A stretch of DNA of 64,000 nt from a virus (IMGVR_UViG_2718218135_000001:32001-96000), one strand, 5' to 3'; positions 8,486 to 18,154 are shown, counted from the stretch's first letter. Numbers and translations are program-made. The notes: generated by a model from the sequence alone, not told the origin.

Positions 8486-10045
8486 TTACTCTCTATCCAA
8501 AACAGTGAAATCGAATGTGCTGCCAACCGGCAAGACCCCCTCGGCAAACCCAGGCGTCGTGTCGATAATGTGTTTCCGCTCATATGAATGCGACATGAGG
8601 TATTTGTTGCTCACGTCGATGAAGTCGGTAATAAAGCACACGTTAGCCTGATTTTTCTTGGCTCGTAAGCCACGACCGACACGCTGTCTCATTTCAACTT
8701 CTGCTTTCCCGCCACCACCCAGAATCACCGCGCCTACGCTTGGAACGTCGACACCAACATCCAGAATGGTTGAACCAATGAGAACATCTATCTTGCCTGC
8801 CGCCAGACTATTAAGTTTTGCTTGTCGGGTAGTCTGGTTTGATTCTCCGTAGATGAAATCGACCTTGAGGCCACTCTCTTTCATCATTTCCATCAAGATC
8901 TGACCATGACGCTTCAGACGAACCAATGTCATACAGTTCAGACCGTGACTCTTGTACATTAGCGCTTCACGCACAATAGCTTCGTTGCGGCCCAGATTAT
9001 AGACGATGCCTAACTGATAGGCTTTCTGGTAAGCCGTGCTCATTCCAACCCTAAAATTCAGGTGTTTTGAAGCAAGTTCGGCTCTAATCCGCGTCTCATC
9101 TGGAGTGTACGCGATTTTATGATATAAAAAGTATGGTTTCGCTAAAATACCTCTGTCGATCAAATATTTCTCCGTTACTTTTATCTCGATGCGACCCGCA
9201 ACGGCCATGAGACGCATATTTGCTTCAGTCGAGTCCTTCATGAACGGCGTAGCTGTCAGCGCCAGACGGTAGTCGGCATTGGTACACAACCGGGCTATAT
9301 CGTAGAAGTTTGAGCCGGATGATTCGTGCGCTTCTTCCAGAATCAGCAGAGAAACGCTGGACAGGAAGCGCTTAACCAATTCCCGGCGTTTCAGGTGATA
9401 CTGTTTTTTCTCTGGAGATGCGTCGCGCGACGGCTCTTCGAGAAAACTAGCAAGGGTCTGAACCGTGGCAACGTTGATATGGCGCGATACCTGAAACTCA
9501 CCAGATCCAATCACCCCAACTTTCTGACCTTTCAGCCACGGCTCGCCATTCTTCGCGCGGTAGTCGATGGATTTCTGGAAGTTCTCTGCCATCTGGAACA
9601 TCAGAACCGAGCGCGTGGTTAAAAACAGCGTCATACGACCAATGCGAGCTGCTGCCTTACACGCTACGTTCGATTTACCGCCACCCGTCGCAATCTGGGC
9701 AATCATCATCCCTTCGCGCACCAGTGTTTCCACTGTCTGATCCTGATACGCGTAGTCCGGGTTATACGGGAATGGATTAACCACCGGATTCGGCTTACCC
9801 AGCGCGGGAGCTTTTTCCTTGCGAACATGCACGCATTTGATGCCAGCTTTCAGAAGATTGGTCGCAACTGGCTTCGCAAACCCAGCCGGGAACGCGTTTT
9901 TACTCCAGTTGAACATCGTGCTGGTCCCTTTCCAGTCACCAGCCTCCACTTCATAGCTCAACATCTCCTGAACAAGCCGTTTCACGTTGTCATCAGCGCC
10001 AGAAATCAGCGCATTGACTGCATTTGATACAATCCGAACAGTCAT
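8486..10045 (-). CDS. superfamily-2 DEAD/DEAH-box helicase
   Basis: Walker A IATGGGKS, DEAH-type box LILEEAHE, SF2 motif order; AAGGAAAGAGG RBS. Confidence 0.8.
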   Translation of the reverse strand: MTVRIVSNAVNALISGADDNVKRLVQEMLSYEVEAGDWKGTSTMFNWSKNAFPAGFAKPVATNLLKAGIKCVHVRKEKAPALGKPNPVVNPFPYNPDYAYQDQTVETLVREGMMIAQIATGGGKSNVACKAAARIGRMTLFLTTRSVLMFQMAENFQKSIDYRAKNGEPWLKGQKVGVIGSGEFQVSRHINVATVQTLASFLEEPSRDASPEKKQYHLKRRELVKRFLSSVSLLILEEAHESSGSNFYDIARLCTNADYRLALTATPFMKDSTEANMRLMAVAGRIEIKVTEKYLIDRGILAKPYFLYHKIAYTPDETRIRAELASKHLNFRVGMSTAYQKAYQLGIVYNLGRNEAIVREALMYKSHGLNCMTLVRLKRHGQILMEMMKESGLKVDFIYGESNQTTRQAKLNSLAAGKIDVLIGSTILDVGVDVPSVGAVILGGGGKAEVEMRQRVGRGLRAKKNQANVCFITDFIDVSNKYLMSHSYERKHIIDTTPGFAEGVLPVGSTFDFTVLDRE

Positions 10046-10090
10046 AAACCTCTTTCCTTCGTGCCTTTTGTATGGTAATTGGCTATTATG

Positions 10091-10106
10091 TTAAGTAAGT
10101 ACTTAC
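10091..10106. promoter_or_regulatory. TAAGTA-N-TACTTA palindromic box
   Basis: ttaagtaagtacttac in the divergent region between helicase and ParB-like operon. Confidence 0.5.
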
Positions 10107-10109
10107 ACA

Positions 10110-10808
10110 ATGGATTGTATCAAAAATATGGATGTGAAAATTACGATTCTACAGGTGGAAGTCGCGAACCTGCGTCCGAACCCCTGGAATACCAACTCCG
10201 TTGGGGCGCAAAACTTCGAAAAACTGAAAGGTTCCATCGAAAAGTTGGGCTTTTTTAAGCCAATTCTGGCGCGAGAGCTGGACGGCGGCATTTTTGAGAT
10301 TCTCGGTGGCGAACATCGCTGGCGTGCCGCGATGGAGCAGGGCATTTCAACGGTTCCCGTAATGTCGGTGGGAAAAATTAACGACCTGGTGGCCAAACAG
10401 ATGTCTCTCGTCGATAACGAGCGCTACGGCGAAGACGATCAGATCGCTTTGCAACGCTTAATCGAAGAAATTCAGTCTGAAATTGACTACCGGTTGTCTG
10501 ATATCGCCCCGTATGACGACGAAATGGCGGCAACGCTCGCCAAAGCATCCGTTATCGATCTTGAAGCGCTGGAAGCGCTCTCCCGCGGCGATGACGAGCC
10601 GGTCGGTGAGGACAAACGCGAGAAAATCGAGCGAGTCGGTGCTGAACACCAGACGATGCGCTTCAAGGTGACGTTCGATGCGTCAGATCGCGTCGCCGAT
10701 ACCATCAAAACCATCATCAAAGAGCAGGGAATCAATACCGGTAACGAAATGGAGAACGCCGGGGAAGCCTTGGTGTGGCTGGTCGACTACTACAAGGAGC
10801 GTATGTAA
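10110..10808 (+). CDS. ParB-like nuclease-domain protein 1
   Basis: ParB/Srx N-domain signature LRPNPWN ... GGEHRWRAA; start choice uncertain. Confidence 0.7.
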   Translation: MDCIKNMDVKITILQVEVANLRPNPWNTNSVGAQNFEKLKGSIEKLGFFKPILARELDGGIFEILGGEHRWRAAMEQGISTVPVMSVGKINDLVAKQMSLVDNERYGEDDQIALQRLIEEIQSEIDYRLSDIAPYDDEMAATLAKASVIDLEALEALSRGDDEPVGEDKREKIERVGAEHQTMRFKVTFDASDRVADTIKTIIKEQGINTGNEMENAGEALVWLVDYYKERM

Positions 10809-11476
10809 TGACCAAGAACTTTGAAATCGTATATCGAAACCCGGCAGAACTTATCCCGTATGAGATGAACGCCAAAAAACATGACGAACAGCAGATCCAC
10901 GACCTGGCGGCTGCCATCAAAAAGCGCGGTTTTGACCAGCCGATCACGGTCGACAAGCACGACGTCATCATTACTGGTCACGGTCGTCGCGAGGCGGCAC
11001 TTCTGGCTGGTCTGGAGCGTGTGCCTGTCATCGTTCGCGACGATCTGAGCGAAGAAGAAGTGAAGGCGAAGCGTCTTGAAGACAACCGCCTGGCCAGTAT
11101 TGACTACGACGCCATCAAATTGCAGCAGGAACTGGAGTCCCTGGTGCTGGGTGACGTTGAGGTCTTTGGTTTTGAAGAGCGAGAGCTGAACGTGCTTGTT
11201 GGCAGCATGACCGAAGAGATGGAAACAGGCTCTCTGGTGCTCGATCTGGGTGAAGAGACGGAACGCCAGAAAGAAGAGCACACCGAGATCAGTCGCGAAG
11301 TGGCCTCTGAAGAAGTCCGAGTCATCGACGTATTGGGCTTTAAAACGCTCCCTGCTGGCTCTGCCATTGTGGTTGGGGATTTGCTTGCCCACATGGAAGA
11401 AATTACGGGAGAAAGCGGGGTAGACGCTTTCGTGGCGTATGCGGAGAAAGTTTCCTCTGGGGAGCTGGCTGCATGA
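10808..11476 (+). CDS. ParB-like nuclease-domain protein 2
   Basis: HGRREAA arginine motif; start overlaps upstream stop (TAATG). Confidence 0.7.
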   Translation: MTKNFEIVYRNPAELIPYEMNAKKHDEQQIHDLAAAIKKRGFDQPITVDKHDVIITGHGRREAALLAGLERVPVIVRDDLSEEEVKAKRLEDNRLASIDYDAIKLQQELESLVLGDVEVFGFEERELNVLVGSMTEEMETGSLVLDLGEETERQKEEHTEISREVASEEVRVIDVLGFKTLPAGSAIVVGDLLAHMEEITGESGVDAFVAYAEKVSSGELAA

Positions 11477-12111
11477 GCAAATACACCATCAACGTATCGT
11501 TTCAGACCCGCGTGAACAAAACCACGCGCACGCTGGAGATTGCCGAATCGTTCGGTCTTGGCCTGGACGAAAAAGAGTGGACGCTTTACGACAATCTGGA
11601 GCTGGAAGTGAAGCAGGGCGATGTGGTGTACATCACCGGCCAATCCGGTTCCGGTAAATCCGTTGTGCTGCGCGAGCTGCAACGCCAGATGAAGGATGAA
11701 GGGCTTTCTGTAGCCTCCATCGATGACTTTGCCTTCGACAATGAGGTTAACGTCATTGACCAGCTGGGCAAAACCACCAGCGAAGCGCTGGGGCTGCTGT
11801 CTATGGCCGGATTGAATGACGCCTATCTCTTTGTGCGTAAGCCATTCGAGATGTCTGACGGCCAGAAATACCGTCTCAAGATCGCCAAGCTGATCGAGTC
11901 CGGCGCGAAAGTCTGGGCTGCCGACGAATTTGGCGCTGTTCTCGACCGTGTAACCGCCCAGGTTGTGGCGTCGAACCTCCAGCGTGCCGCCCGTAAGGTT
12001 GGTGCGACGGTAATGGTGGCGACGACCCACGAAGACCTGAAGAACGCGCTGCGCCCGGATATGCAGATCACCAAGCACTACAAAGAACGCGTGAAGGTGG
12101 AATATGCCTGA
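11473..12111 (+). CDS. compact ABC-type ATPase (212 aa)
   Basis: Walker A GQSGSGKS, signature-like SDGQKYRL, Walker B VWAADEF, H-loop TTHE; ATGA overlap with upstream gene. Confidence 0.7.
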   Translation: MSKYTINVSFQTRVNKTTRTLEIAESFGLGLDEKEWTLYDNLELEVKQGDVVYITGQSGSGKSVVLRELQRQMKDEGLSVASIDDFAFDNEVNVIDQLGKTTSEALGLLSMAGLNDAYLFVRKPFEMSDGQKYRLKIAKLIESGAKVWAADEFGAVLDRVTAQVVASNLQRAARKVGATVMVATTHEDLKNALRPDMQITKHYKERVKVEYA

Positions 12112-12358
12112 TTTGAAGATCGTAGAGCTGAAGCCATCGAAAGAGGCTGACAACAACAACGTTGAAGTCATCCGCCTGCTGGAAGAAGCACTCCAGTACG
12201 CCAGAGAAGGCAAAAGCCAGAGCCTGGCACTGCTGATGATCAACAACGACGGCAGTGTGCTGGATTGCTGGCATAACGGTGGGCGTCCATACGTCATGGT
12301 TGGGGCGATAGAATCGCTTCGCCTGGACTTCATCAATGCCAATATCGAGCGTAGGTGA
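12104..12358 (+). CDS. hypothetical protein (84 aa)
   Basis: overlaps neighbours on both sides. Confidence 0.45.
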   Translation: MPDLKIVELKPSKEADNNNVEVIRLLEEALQYAREGKSQSLALLMINNDGSVLDCWHNGGRPYVMVGAIESLRLDFINANIERR

Positions 12359-13254
12359 TCGACATGACAGGCATCATCATCAAACGCTACCGCCCGGAAG
12401 AGTTCCCGCGTCATCTGGACTTTCTGGAGCGTATGACCGTTACCAAAGGCACGGTTGAAGACTGGCACGCGCTGAAGTCGCTGCACTACAAGACGGATGG
12501 TAAGCCGTTTGCGCCAACGTATTATCGCTGCGAACTGGACGACCGGCTGGTGGGCGTCGTGGTTATGGCTTACCCGAAACTGCTGCTGGCGCCTCGCCAT
12601 CGCATGTTTCCTAAGCTGAAGCCAACCACCAATACCACCGTGGCCAACCAGTATTGGGGGCGGTACGTGAACAACAACTTTGCGGTGATCAGCCGTTCCG
12701 TTGTGGACACTCAGTACCGCGGTGTCGGCGTCTCCTATCGAATGATTAACCTGGTTAGCAGGATGCATAACCGGCCAATCATCGAGATTCAGTCGTCCAT
12801 GAGCAAATACAACCCGTTCGCCATGAAAGCAGGGTTCCAGTTCATACGTCCGGAGCGTCCGAAGAGCTATGAGAGTGCGTTGCGTGTTTTCCAGCGCCAT
12901 TTTCGCTCCGACCCTGGAGACAACGAAGCGATCGTCAAAGAGCTGTTCGCCATGAGTGAGTCTCGCCGTCGTCGTGCGCTGCGCGATCTGGTCGCGGACT
13001 ACCACAAGAACAGTTCCCTGGCCAAAGCCGGGCGTAATCGTGGCACGACGATTCAGGATATTGCCGACAGTCTGGTGGACGAGGCCAGCATCGTGAAGTT
13101 GCTCAAGGATATTCACAACCTGAGCTTCACGTCTCCGCTGTATGGCGTGTATCGAAACCCGGACTTCGGTCGTCAGTTGCCTGACACGCTGCCACTGCTG
13201 GCATTCGATAAGCAGCCTTTGAATAAACCTCTTGAAATTGCATTACCGGCATAA
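12355..13254 (+). CDS. hypothetical protein with GNAT-like Q/R-x-x-G-x-G motif (299 aa)
   Basis: QYRGVGVS resembles acetyl-CoA-binding motif A; start GTG 12355 or ATG 12364. Confidence 0.5.
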   Translation: MIDMTGIIIKRYRPEEFPRHLDFLERMTVTKGTVEDWHALKSLHYKTDGKPFAPTYYRCELDDRLVGVVVMAYPKLLLAPRHRMFPKLKPTTNTTVANQYWGRYVNNNFAVISRSVVDTQYRGVGVSYRMINLVSRMHNRPIIEIQSSMSKYNPFAMKAGFQFIRPERPKSYESALRVFQRHFRSDPGDNEAIVKELFAMSESRRRRALRDLVADYHKNSSLAKAGRNRGTTIQDIADSLVDEASIVKLLKDIHNLSFTSPLYGVYRNPDFGRQLPDTLPLLAFDKQPLNKPLEIALPA

Positions 13255-13263
13255 GGATTTGCC

Positions 13264-13530
13264 ATGACGTTGACCGATAAACAAAAAGACATCATCAAAA
13301 CCATCAATTTAGGCCATGAGCGTGGGTATCTGCTCGATCTGGACGAGCTGCTTGAGGTTCTGCCGTACAAAACGACCAAACAGAGTATGCAGTTCTCTAT
13401 CCGCGCACTGGTGAAAAAGGGGCTGGTGGAGAAGGGAATGTGCCGCCAGCGCGGCGATTCAGGTTATCACCGTCGCACGCTGGGACTGACCACGTTAGGT
13501 CGTGCAAGAGCCAAATTACTGGTGATGTAA
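13264..13530 (+). CDS. small basic protein, possible winged-helix DNA binder (88 aa)
   Basis: ORF; basic C-terminus; sits directly upstream of the perfect inverted repeat. Confidence 0.45.
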   Translation: MTLTDKQKDIIKTINLGHERGYLLDLDELLEVLPYKTTKQSMQFSIRALVKKGLVEKGMCRQRGDSGYHRRTLGLTTLGRARAKLLVM

Positions 13531-13551
13531 ACCGGTCTGGGAGCCAGATTA

Positions 13552-13615
13552 AGAACCTGCTTCCGTATATATAATTAACTAAGTGATTAATTAAATATAT
13601 ACGGAAGCAGGTTCT
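13552..13615. repeat. perfect 21-bp inverted repeat with 22-bp AT-rich spacer
   Basis: agaacctgcttccgtatatat ... atatatacggaagcaggttct; one arm repeated exactly at 43887-43908. Confidence 0.85.
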
Positions 13616-13647
13616 GAAGGCTCCCCAGCCCGATTTTAAACACCCAG

Positions 13648-13662
13648 AAAACAAATTGGTTA
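13648..13662. promoter_or_regulatory. degenerate AAACAA box
   Basis: aaaacaaattggtta. Confidence 0.35.
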
Positions 13663-13673
13663 GGCACAGAATT

Positions 13674-13687
13674 AAACAAGTTGTTTA
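13674..13687. promoter_or_regulatory. AAACAA-N2-TTGTTT operator-like palindrome
   Basis: aaacaagttgttta, 40 bp upstream of the TerS start, followed by hairpin gagcgca-agga-tgcgctc. Confidence 0.5.
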
Positions 13688-13726
13688 GGAGCGCAAGGAT
13701 GCGCTCTGAGTGTTTTAGAGGGACCT

Positions 13727-14368
13727 ATGACTGTAGAAAAAGACGAGAGCAAAACTCGCCTGACACCAGCTGAGTGGGCAGAAGCCGAAGCGAAATGGAC
13801 TTCTGGCGAATACACACTCTCCAGGCTGGAGGAAGAGTACGGCATTCGTCGTGAAACGCTCTCCAGACATTTCAAAAAGCGTGGATTAGAGAAAGGCGCG
13901 GACTCCGTTGGGAAGATGGTGCGCGAGTCGCTCAAATCCGACGCAGAGCTGCGTGCGAAGGCGCGTGCAGAGAAAATCGAAGAGCGCCGGACTCGTTACG
14001 ACGATTGGGCGTTCGCACTCGGTCGTATGGTGATGCATGAGGTGGCCATAGCCAAGAAGGACGGCAGGCCACTGGCAGCCATCGAAGATGACCTGAAGAG
14101 TCTCCAGCGTGCCAGCGGCACACTTGCTAAGTGCTTCGAAATATCGTCGAAAGCGCTCGGTATGGATCGCGTGGAGAACGAGGACGACGAAATCCCGAAC
14201 CTGGTATTTGGCGAACTTACGCCTTCCCAGGTGGCGCAGCTGCGTAAGGAAGATGATGAGCCGGATCTGATTGATGACGATCTGCTTGAGTCACTCGAAG
14301 AGGAAGCACTGAGCGAAGCTGAGGGCGATTCTGAAGCGTCTGGTGATGAAAGTGATGGGAGCGTCTGA
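13727..14368 (+). CDS. terminase small subunit (putative)
   Basis: 213 aa immediately upstream of TerL; acidic C-terminal tail. Confidence 0.55.
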   Translation: MTVEKDESKTRLTPAEWAEAEAKWTSGEYTLSRLEEEYGIRRETLSRHFKKRGLEKGADSVGKMVRESLKSDAELRAKARAEKIEERRTRYDDWAFALGRMVMHEVAIAKKDGRPLAAIEDDLKSLQRASGTLAKCFEISSKALGMDRVENEDDEIPNLVFGELTPSQVAQLRKEDDEPDLIDDDLLESLEEEALSEAEGDSEASGDESDGSV

Positions 14369-14370
14369 CT

Positions 14371-15627
14371 ATGGCCATCCCGTCGTCTCTGAGTCTCGTA
14401 CAGCTGCATTCTGGGCAGATGCAAGTCTTCCAGTCGCCACATCGTTTCAAAGTGGTGTGTGCGGGTCGACGCTGGGGTAAATCCCGGTTGTCGATCTCCA
14501 CCATCATCCGCGCGGCAGCCAAAGAGAAGAAGCAACGTGTCTGGTATGTCGCACCGACTTACCAGATGGCTCGCCAGATCTTGTGGGATGACCTGCAGGA
14601 AGTTCTGCCGCGCAAATGGGTTCGTAAGAAAAACGACACCACGATGACCATCGTGCTGAAGAACGGCTCTGAAATCGCGCTGAAAGGTGCGGATAAGCCC
14701 GATACGCTTCGTGGTGTGGCACTGCACTTTGTGGTGCTCGATGAATTTCAGGATATGAAGCCTGACACCTGGTACAAGGTACTGCGTCCGACACTGTCCT
14801 CCACCCGTGGCGGTGCGCTGATCATCGGTACGCCAAAAGGCTTCTCCGAGTTCCACAAGCTGTGGACTATCGGTCAGAACAAAGATTTGCAACGCAAGGG
14901 GCAGTGGAAGAGCTGGCAGTTCGTTACGGCCGATTCTCCGTTCGTACCGAGCGCGGAAATCGAAGCAGCGAAGAACGATATGGACCCTAAATCGTTCGCA
15001 CAGGAATACCTGGCCAGCTTCGAAAACATGTCCGGACGCGTTTACTACCCGTTCGACCGCAATGTGCATGTGAAGCCACTCCAGTTCAATCCGAAACTGC
15101 CGATCTGGGTTGGTCAGGACTTCAACATCGACCCTATGTCATCGGTCATCCTGCAACCGCAGCCAAATGGTGAACTGTGGGCTGTGGACGAATTGGTGTT
15201 GTTCTCTTCTAACACGGCTGAAGTGTGTGACGAGCTGGAGCGTCGATACTGGCGCTGGAAATCTCAGGTCACTATCTTTCCTGACCCGGCAGGTGCGTAT
15301 CGCCAGCACGCACGCGGCGAATCTGACGTCGACATCTTCAAAGAGAAAGGTTTCCTTCGAGTCGATTATCCGAAGAAGCACCCGCCGATCGCAGACCGTG
15401 TTAACGCAGTGAACCGCATGTTGATGAGTGCCTCGGGCGAAACCCGGTTGTACATCGATCCGAAGTGCAAACACCTCATCGACTCGCTGGAGAAGGTGAT
15501 CTACAAGCCAGGCTCACGCGATATGGATAAGACTGGCGGCATCGAACACAGTGCGGATGCGTTGGGTTATCCGGTTCATCGTAGGTATCCGGTGAAAAAT
15601 CGTGTTATTCTTGGTGGATCTAGATAG
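14371..15627 (+). CDS. terminase large subunit
   Basis: Walker A CAGRRWGKS, Walker B VVLDEF, C-terminal nuclease-type acidic residues. Confidence 0.85.
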   Translation: MAIPSSLSLVQLHSGQMQVFQSPHRFKVVCAGRRWGKSRLSISTIIRAAAKEKKQRVWYVAPTYQMARQILWDDLQEVLPRKWVRKKNDTTMTIVLKNGSEIALKGADKPDTLRGVALHFVVLDEFQDMKPDTWYKVLRPTLSSTRGGALIIGTPKGFSEFHKLWTIGQNKDLQRKGQWKSWQFVTADSPFVPSAEIEAAKNDMDPKSFAQEYLASFENMSGRVYYPFDRNVHVKPLQFNPKLPIWVGQDFNIDPMSSVILQPQPNGELWAVDELVLFSSNTAEVCDELERRYWRWKSQVTIFPDPAGAYRQHARGESDVDIFKEKGFLRVDYPKKHPPIADRVNAVNRMLMSASGETRLYIDPKCKHLIDSLEKVIYKPGSRDMDKTGGIEHSADALGYPVHRRYPVKNRVILGGSR

Positions 15628-15642
15628 GTAAGTACTTACCTA
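15625..15642. promoter_or_regulatory. perfect 18-bp palindrome taggtaagtacttaccta
   Basis: overlaps the TerL stop codon, 19 bp before the portal start. Confidence 0.55.
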
Positions 15643-15660
15643 AGCGGAAAGGAAAATCAA

Positions 15661-17235
15661 ATGGAATTGACTGACAAGCAAATCAAAGACCTTGTGGCAC
15701 GACGCCACCCTGAATATGAGAAGAAAAAAGAACATTGGGACTTCCTCGCCAGCACCTACGCTGGCGGGCGTGCCTGGTTCAACGACAATATCTTCCGTTA
15801 CTTCAAAGAGGGCGATCAGGAGTTCAAAGAGCGCCTGGAACGCGCTTATCGCTTCAACCATACGCGCGAAGTGGTAAACCTCATCAACAAATACCTCTTC
15901 AAAGAGGTCATTCACCGCAACACTGATGAAGCACCGGAGCAGATCCGCAATTTCTGGAAGCGAGCCACGCGCCAGAACGCCTCCATCGATGCGTTTATGG
16001 CGGCTATCGATCTGCAATCATCCATTTATGGCCGTATCTGGGTTGTCGTGGATAGCACGATGAACGTCGATGTTGAGTCTGTTGCAGACGAGAAGAAAAA
16101 TGATGCGCGTGCCTACGCTTACTGGATTTCGCCGCAGCAGCTGCTTGATGTTGCCTGGGATGAAGACGGCAATATGTTGTGGGCGCTGATTGTTGAAATC
16201 GCGCGCGACGACGAAGATCCGTTCACTTCAACCGGGCAGGAATACCAGCGTTACCGTCTGTGGACGCAAAACGAGTGGTATCTGTTCCGTGAAGAAGTGA
16301 AGAAGGGTTCCGGAAATAGCGGTCGCCGTCAGGCCAAAGTCGTTCTGGAGGATAGCGGCCAGCATAATCTGGGCGTGGTGCCGGTGTTCCCGGTGGATTG
16401 CATTGGTGAAAGCGAGTCTCCGTATTTTAGCCCGTCGTTGATTGACGATATTGCCTATCTTGATCGCGCCGTGGCCAACTACCTGTCGAACCTTGACGCG
16501 ATTATTCAGGATCAGACATTCAGCCAGTTAGCGATTCCGGTTCAGTCCCTGCTGCCGGGCGATGAAAACCACACCAAAGTGCTCGAAATGGGGACAAAAC
16601 GTGTCTTCACCTTCGATTCTGAGAGCGGTAATCAGCCATTCTATCTGTCTCCAGACCCGAAACAGGCTCAGATGATCATCACCACGATTAAGACGGTGAT
16701 TAATGAGATCTACCATTCCGTTGGTGTGGCTGGTGAGCGAACCAAGCAGGATAACGCGCAGGGTATCGACAACTCTTCGGGGGCAGCGAAGATGTACGAC
16801 TTCCAACGTATTAACAGTCTGCTGGTGACAAAAGCAGAGCGCCTCGAAAGGGCAGAACGCCAAATGATGGAGTTGGCTGCGAAATGGATGGGCATCGAAT
16901 TGGATGAAGACCACTCTCTGATCGCTTACCCGGAGAGTTTCGATATTCGTGGTCTGACTGACGAATTTGCCGTCGCTGAGAAATTGTCGCTGTTACAGGC
17001 GCCTGATTCTGTACGTCGTCATCAGATGGAAATGCTCATAGAAAAGATCTTCCCGAATATTTCCGAAGCGATGCAAAAGGAATTTAAAAAAGATCTCTTG
17101 AAATTTCCTCTAAAAAATGCTCCTGATGCCCTTGAAAATAAGTTAGTACTTACTTATGATCGCGATACAGTCCAAGGAAGCGGACAAGATCAACCCCGAG
17201 GGAATGGGGACTCATCTACTCAAGAGACCGAGTGA
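15661..17235 (+). CDS. portal protein
   Basis: 524 aa directly after TerL in canonical order. Confidence 0.75.
   Translation: MELTDKQIKDLVARRHPEYEKKKEHWDFLASTYAGGRAWFNDNIFRYFKEGDQEFKERLERAYRFNHTREVVNLINKYLFKEVIHRNTDEAPEQIRNFWKRATRQNASIDAFMAAIDLQSSIYGRIWVVVDSTMNVDVESVADEKKNDARAYAYWISPQQLLDVAWDEDGNMLWALIVEIARDDEDPFTSTGQEYQRYRLWTQNEWYLFREEVKKGSGNSGRRQAKVVLEDSGQHNLGVVPVFPVDCIGESESPYFSPSLIDDIAYLDRAVANYLSNLDAIIQDQTFSQLAIPVQSLLPGDENHTKVLEMGTKRVFTFDSESGNQPFYLSPDPKQAQMIITTIKTVINEIYHSVGVAGERTKQDNAQGIDNSSGAAKMYDFQRINSLLVTKAERLERAERQMMELAAKWMGIELDEDHSLIAYPESFDIRGLTDEFAVAEKLSLLQAPDSVRRHQMEMLIEKIFPNISEAMQKEFKKDLLKFPLKNAPDALENKLVLTYDRDTVQGSGQDQPRGNGDSSTQETE
17138..17157. promoter_or_regulatory. TAAGTA-N-TACTTA-like box inside portal coding sequence
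   Basis: ataagttagtacttacttat within the 3' end of the portal ORF. Confidence 0.35.
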
Positions 17236-17257
17236 TAAGTAACGAAAAGGTATTTCT

Positions 17258-18154
17258 ATGAATCTGTGGCAAATGCTTATGGCCCGTCGTGGCCTGATGG
17301 ATGTAGCCGAAGCGCATGAGCGCGGCGGCGCTGGTGGCGGTGCTCCTGCTGGAGACAATGAGCAGAGCATTCAAGACCCAGGCAAACAGGGCGAGCAAAA
17401 AGAGCAACCGAAGGGTGACGACGACGAGTATGCCGGTATGACTCAGGAAGAGTTGCTGGCAGAACTGCGTAAGTCTAAGAAAGCCGGTGCTGATCTGTTG
17501 AAAGAGAATATGAAGCGCAAGGAGAAAGAGCGCACATTGGCCGATCAGCTGGCTCAGTACGGTGATATTGACCCGACGCGTGCTCGTCAGCTTCTCGAAG
17601 CTGAACAAGCCGCAGAAACCGCACGTCGGGAGGCGGAGCAGGCTGAACTGGAACGTCGTGGTGAGTTCGATGCTGTGAAAAAGCAGATGATCGAAGCACA
17701 CCAGACTGAACTGGCACAGCGCGACGAACGCTACGCCGCTCTGGAGAGCGAGAACGCCGCACTGAAGGCTCAACTGGTCGAAATGACTGTTGGTGTTTCC
17801 TTCAGCAGTTCTGCTTTCCTGCGTGACAAAGTTCTGATGACTCCGGCTAAGGCACGCGTTATCTACGGCTCTCATTTCGAAGTGGGTGAAGACGGTAGTG
17901 TTGTGGGCTTTGATAAGCCAGCCGGTCAGAAAGAACGTGCAGTTCTGGTTGACGGTGAAGGCAAGCCGTTACCGTTCGAATCCGCGATTGAGCGCATTCT
18001 GCGTGCAGATCCGGAAGCTGACGCACTGTTGCGTAGCGAAGCCAAGCAGGGTGCTGGTTCCAATAGCAAACCGCCCCACAAAGTAAGCCAGCCGAAGAGC
18101 AAGTCGACTATGGATAAGTTGACCTCCGGTCTGGGAAAAATCGGACTCAAGTAA
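17258..18154 (+). CDS. capsid scaffolding protein (putative)
   Basis: E/A/Q/R-rich coiled-coil-type sequence between portal and capsid genes. Confidence 0.6.
   Translation: MNLWQMLMARRGLMDVAEAHERGGAGGGAPAGDNEQSIQDPGKQGEQKEQPKGDDDEYAGMTQEELLAELRKSKKAGADLLKENMKRKEKERTLADQLAQYGDIDPTRARQLLEAEQAAETARREAEQAELERRGEFDAVKKQMIEAHQTELAQRDERYAALESENAALKAQLVEMTVGVSFSSSAFLRDKVLMTPAKARVIYGSHFEVGEDGSVVGFDKPAGQKERAVLVDGEGKPLPFESAIERILRADPEADALLRSEAKQGAGSNSKPPHKVSQPKSKSTMDKLTSGLGKIGLK

Noticed and set aside
11104-13116. 670-aa ORF on the minus strand
   Set aside because: Antisense to four translationally coupled plus-strand genes with clear motifs; low-complexity translation; typical long spurious ORF in GC-rich coding DNA.
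13996-15069. 357-aa minus-strand ORF across TerS/TerL
   Set aside because: Antisense to the terminase genes, which carry unambiguous Walker motifs; Ser/Arg-rich nonsense translation.
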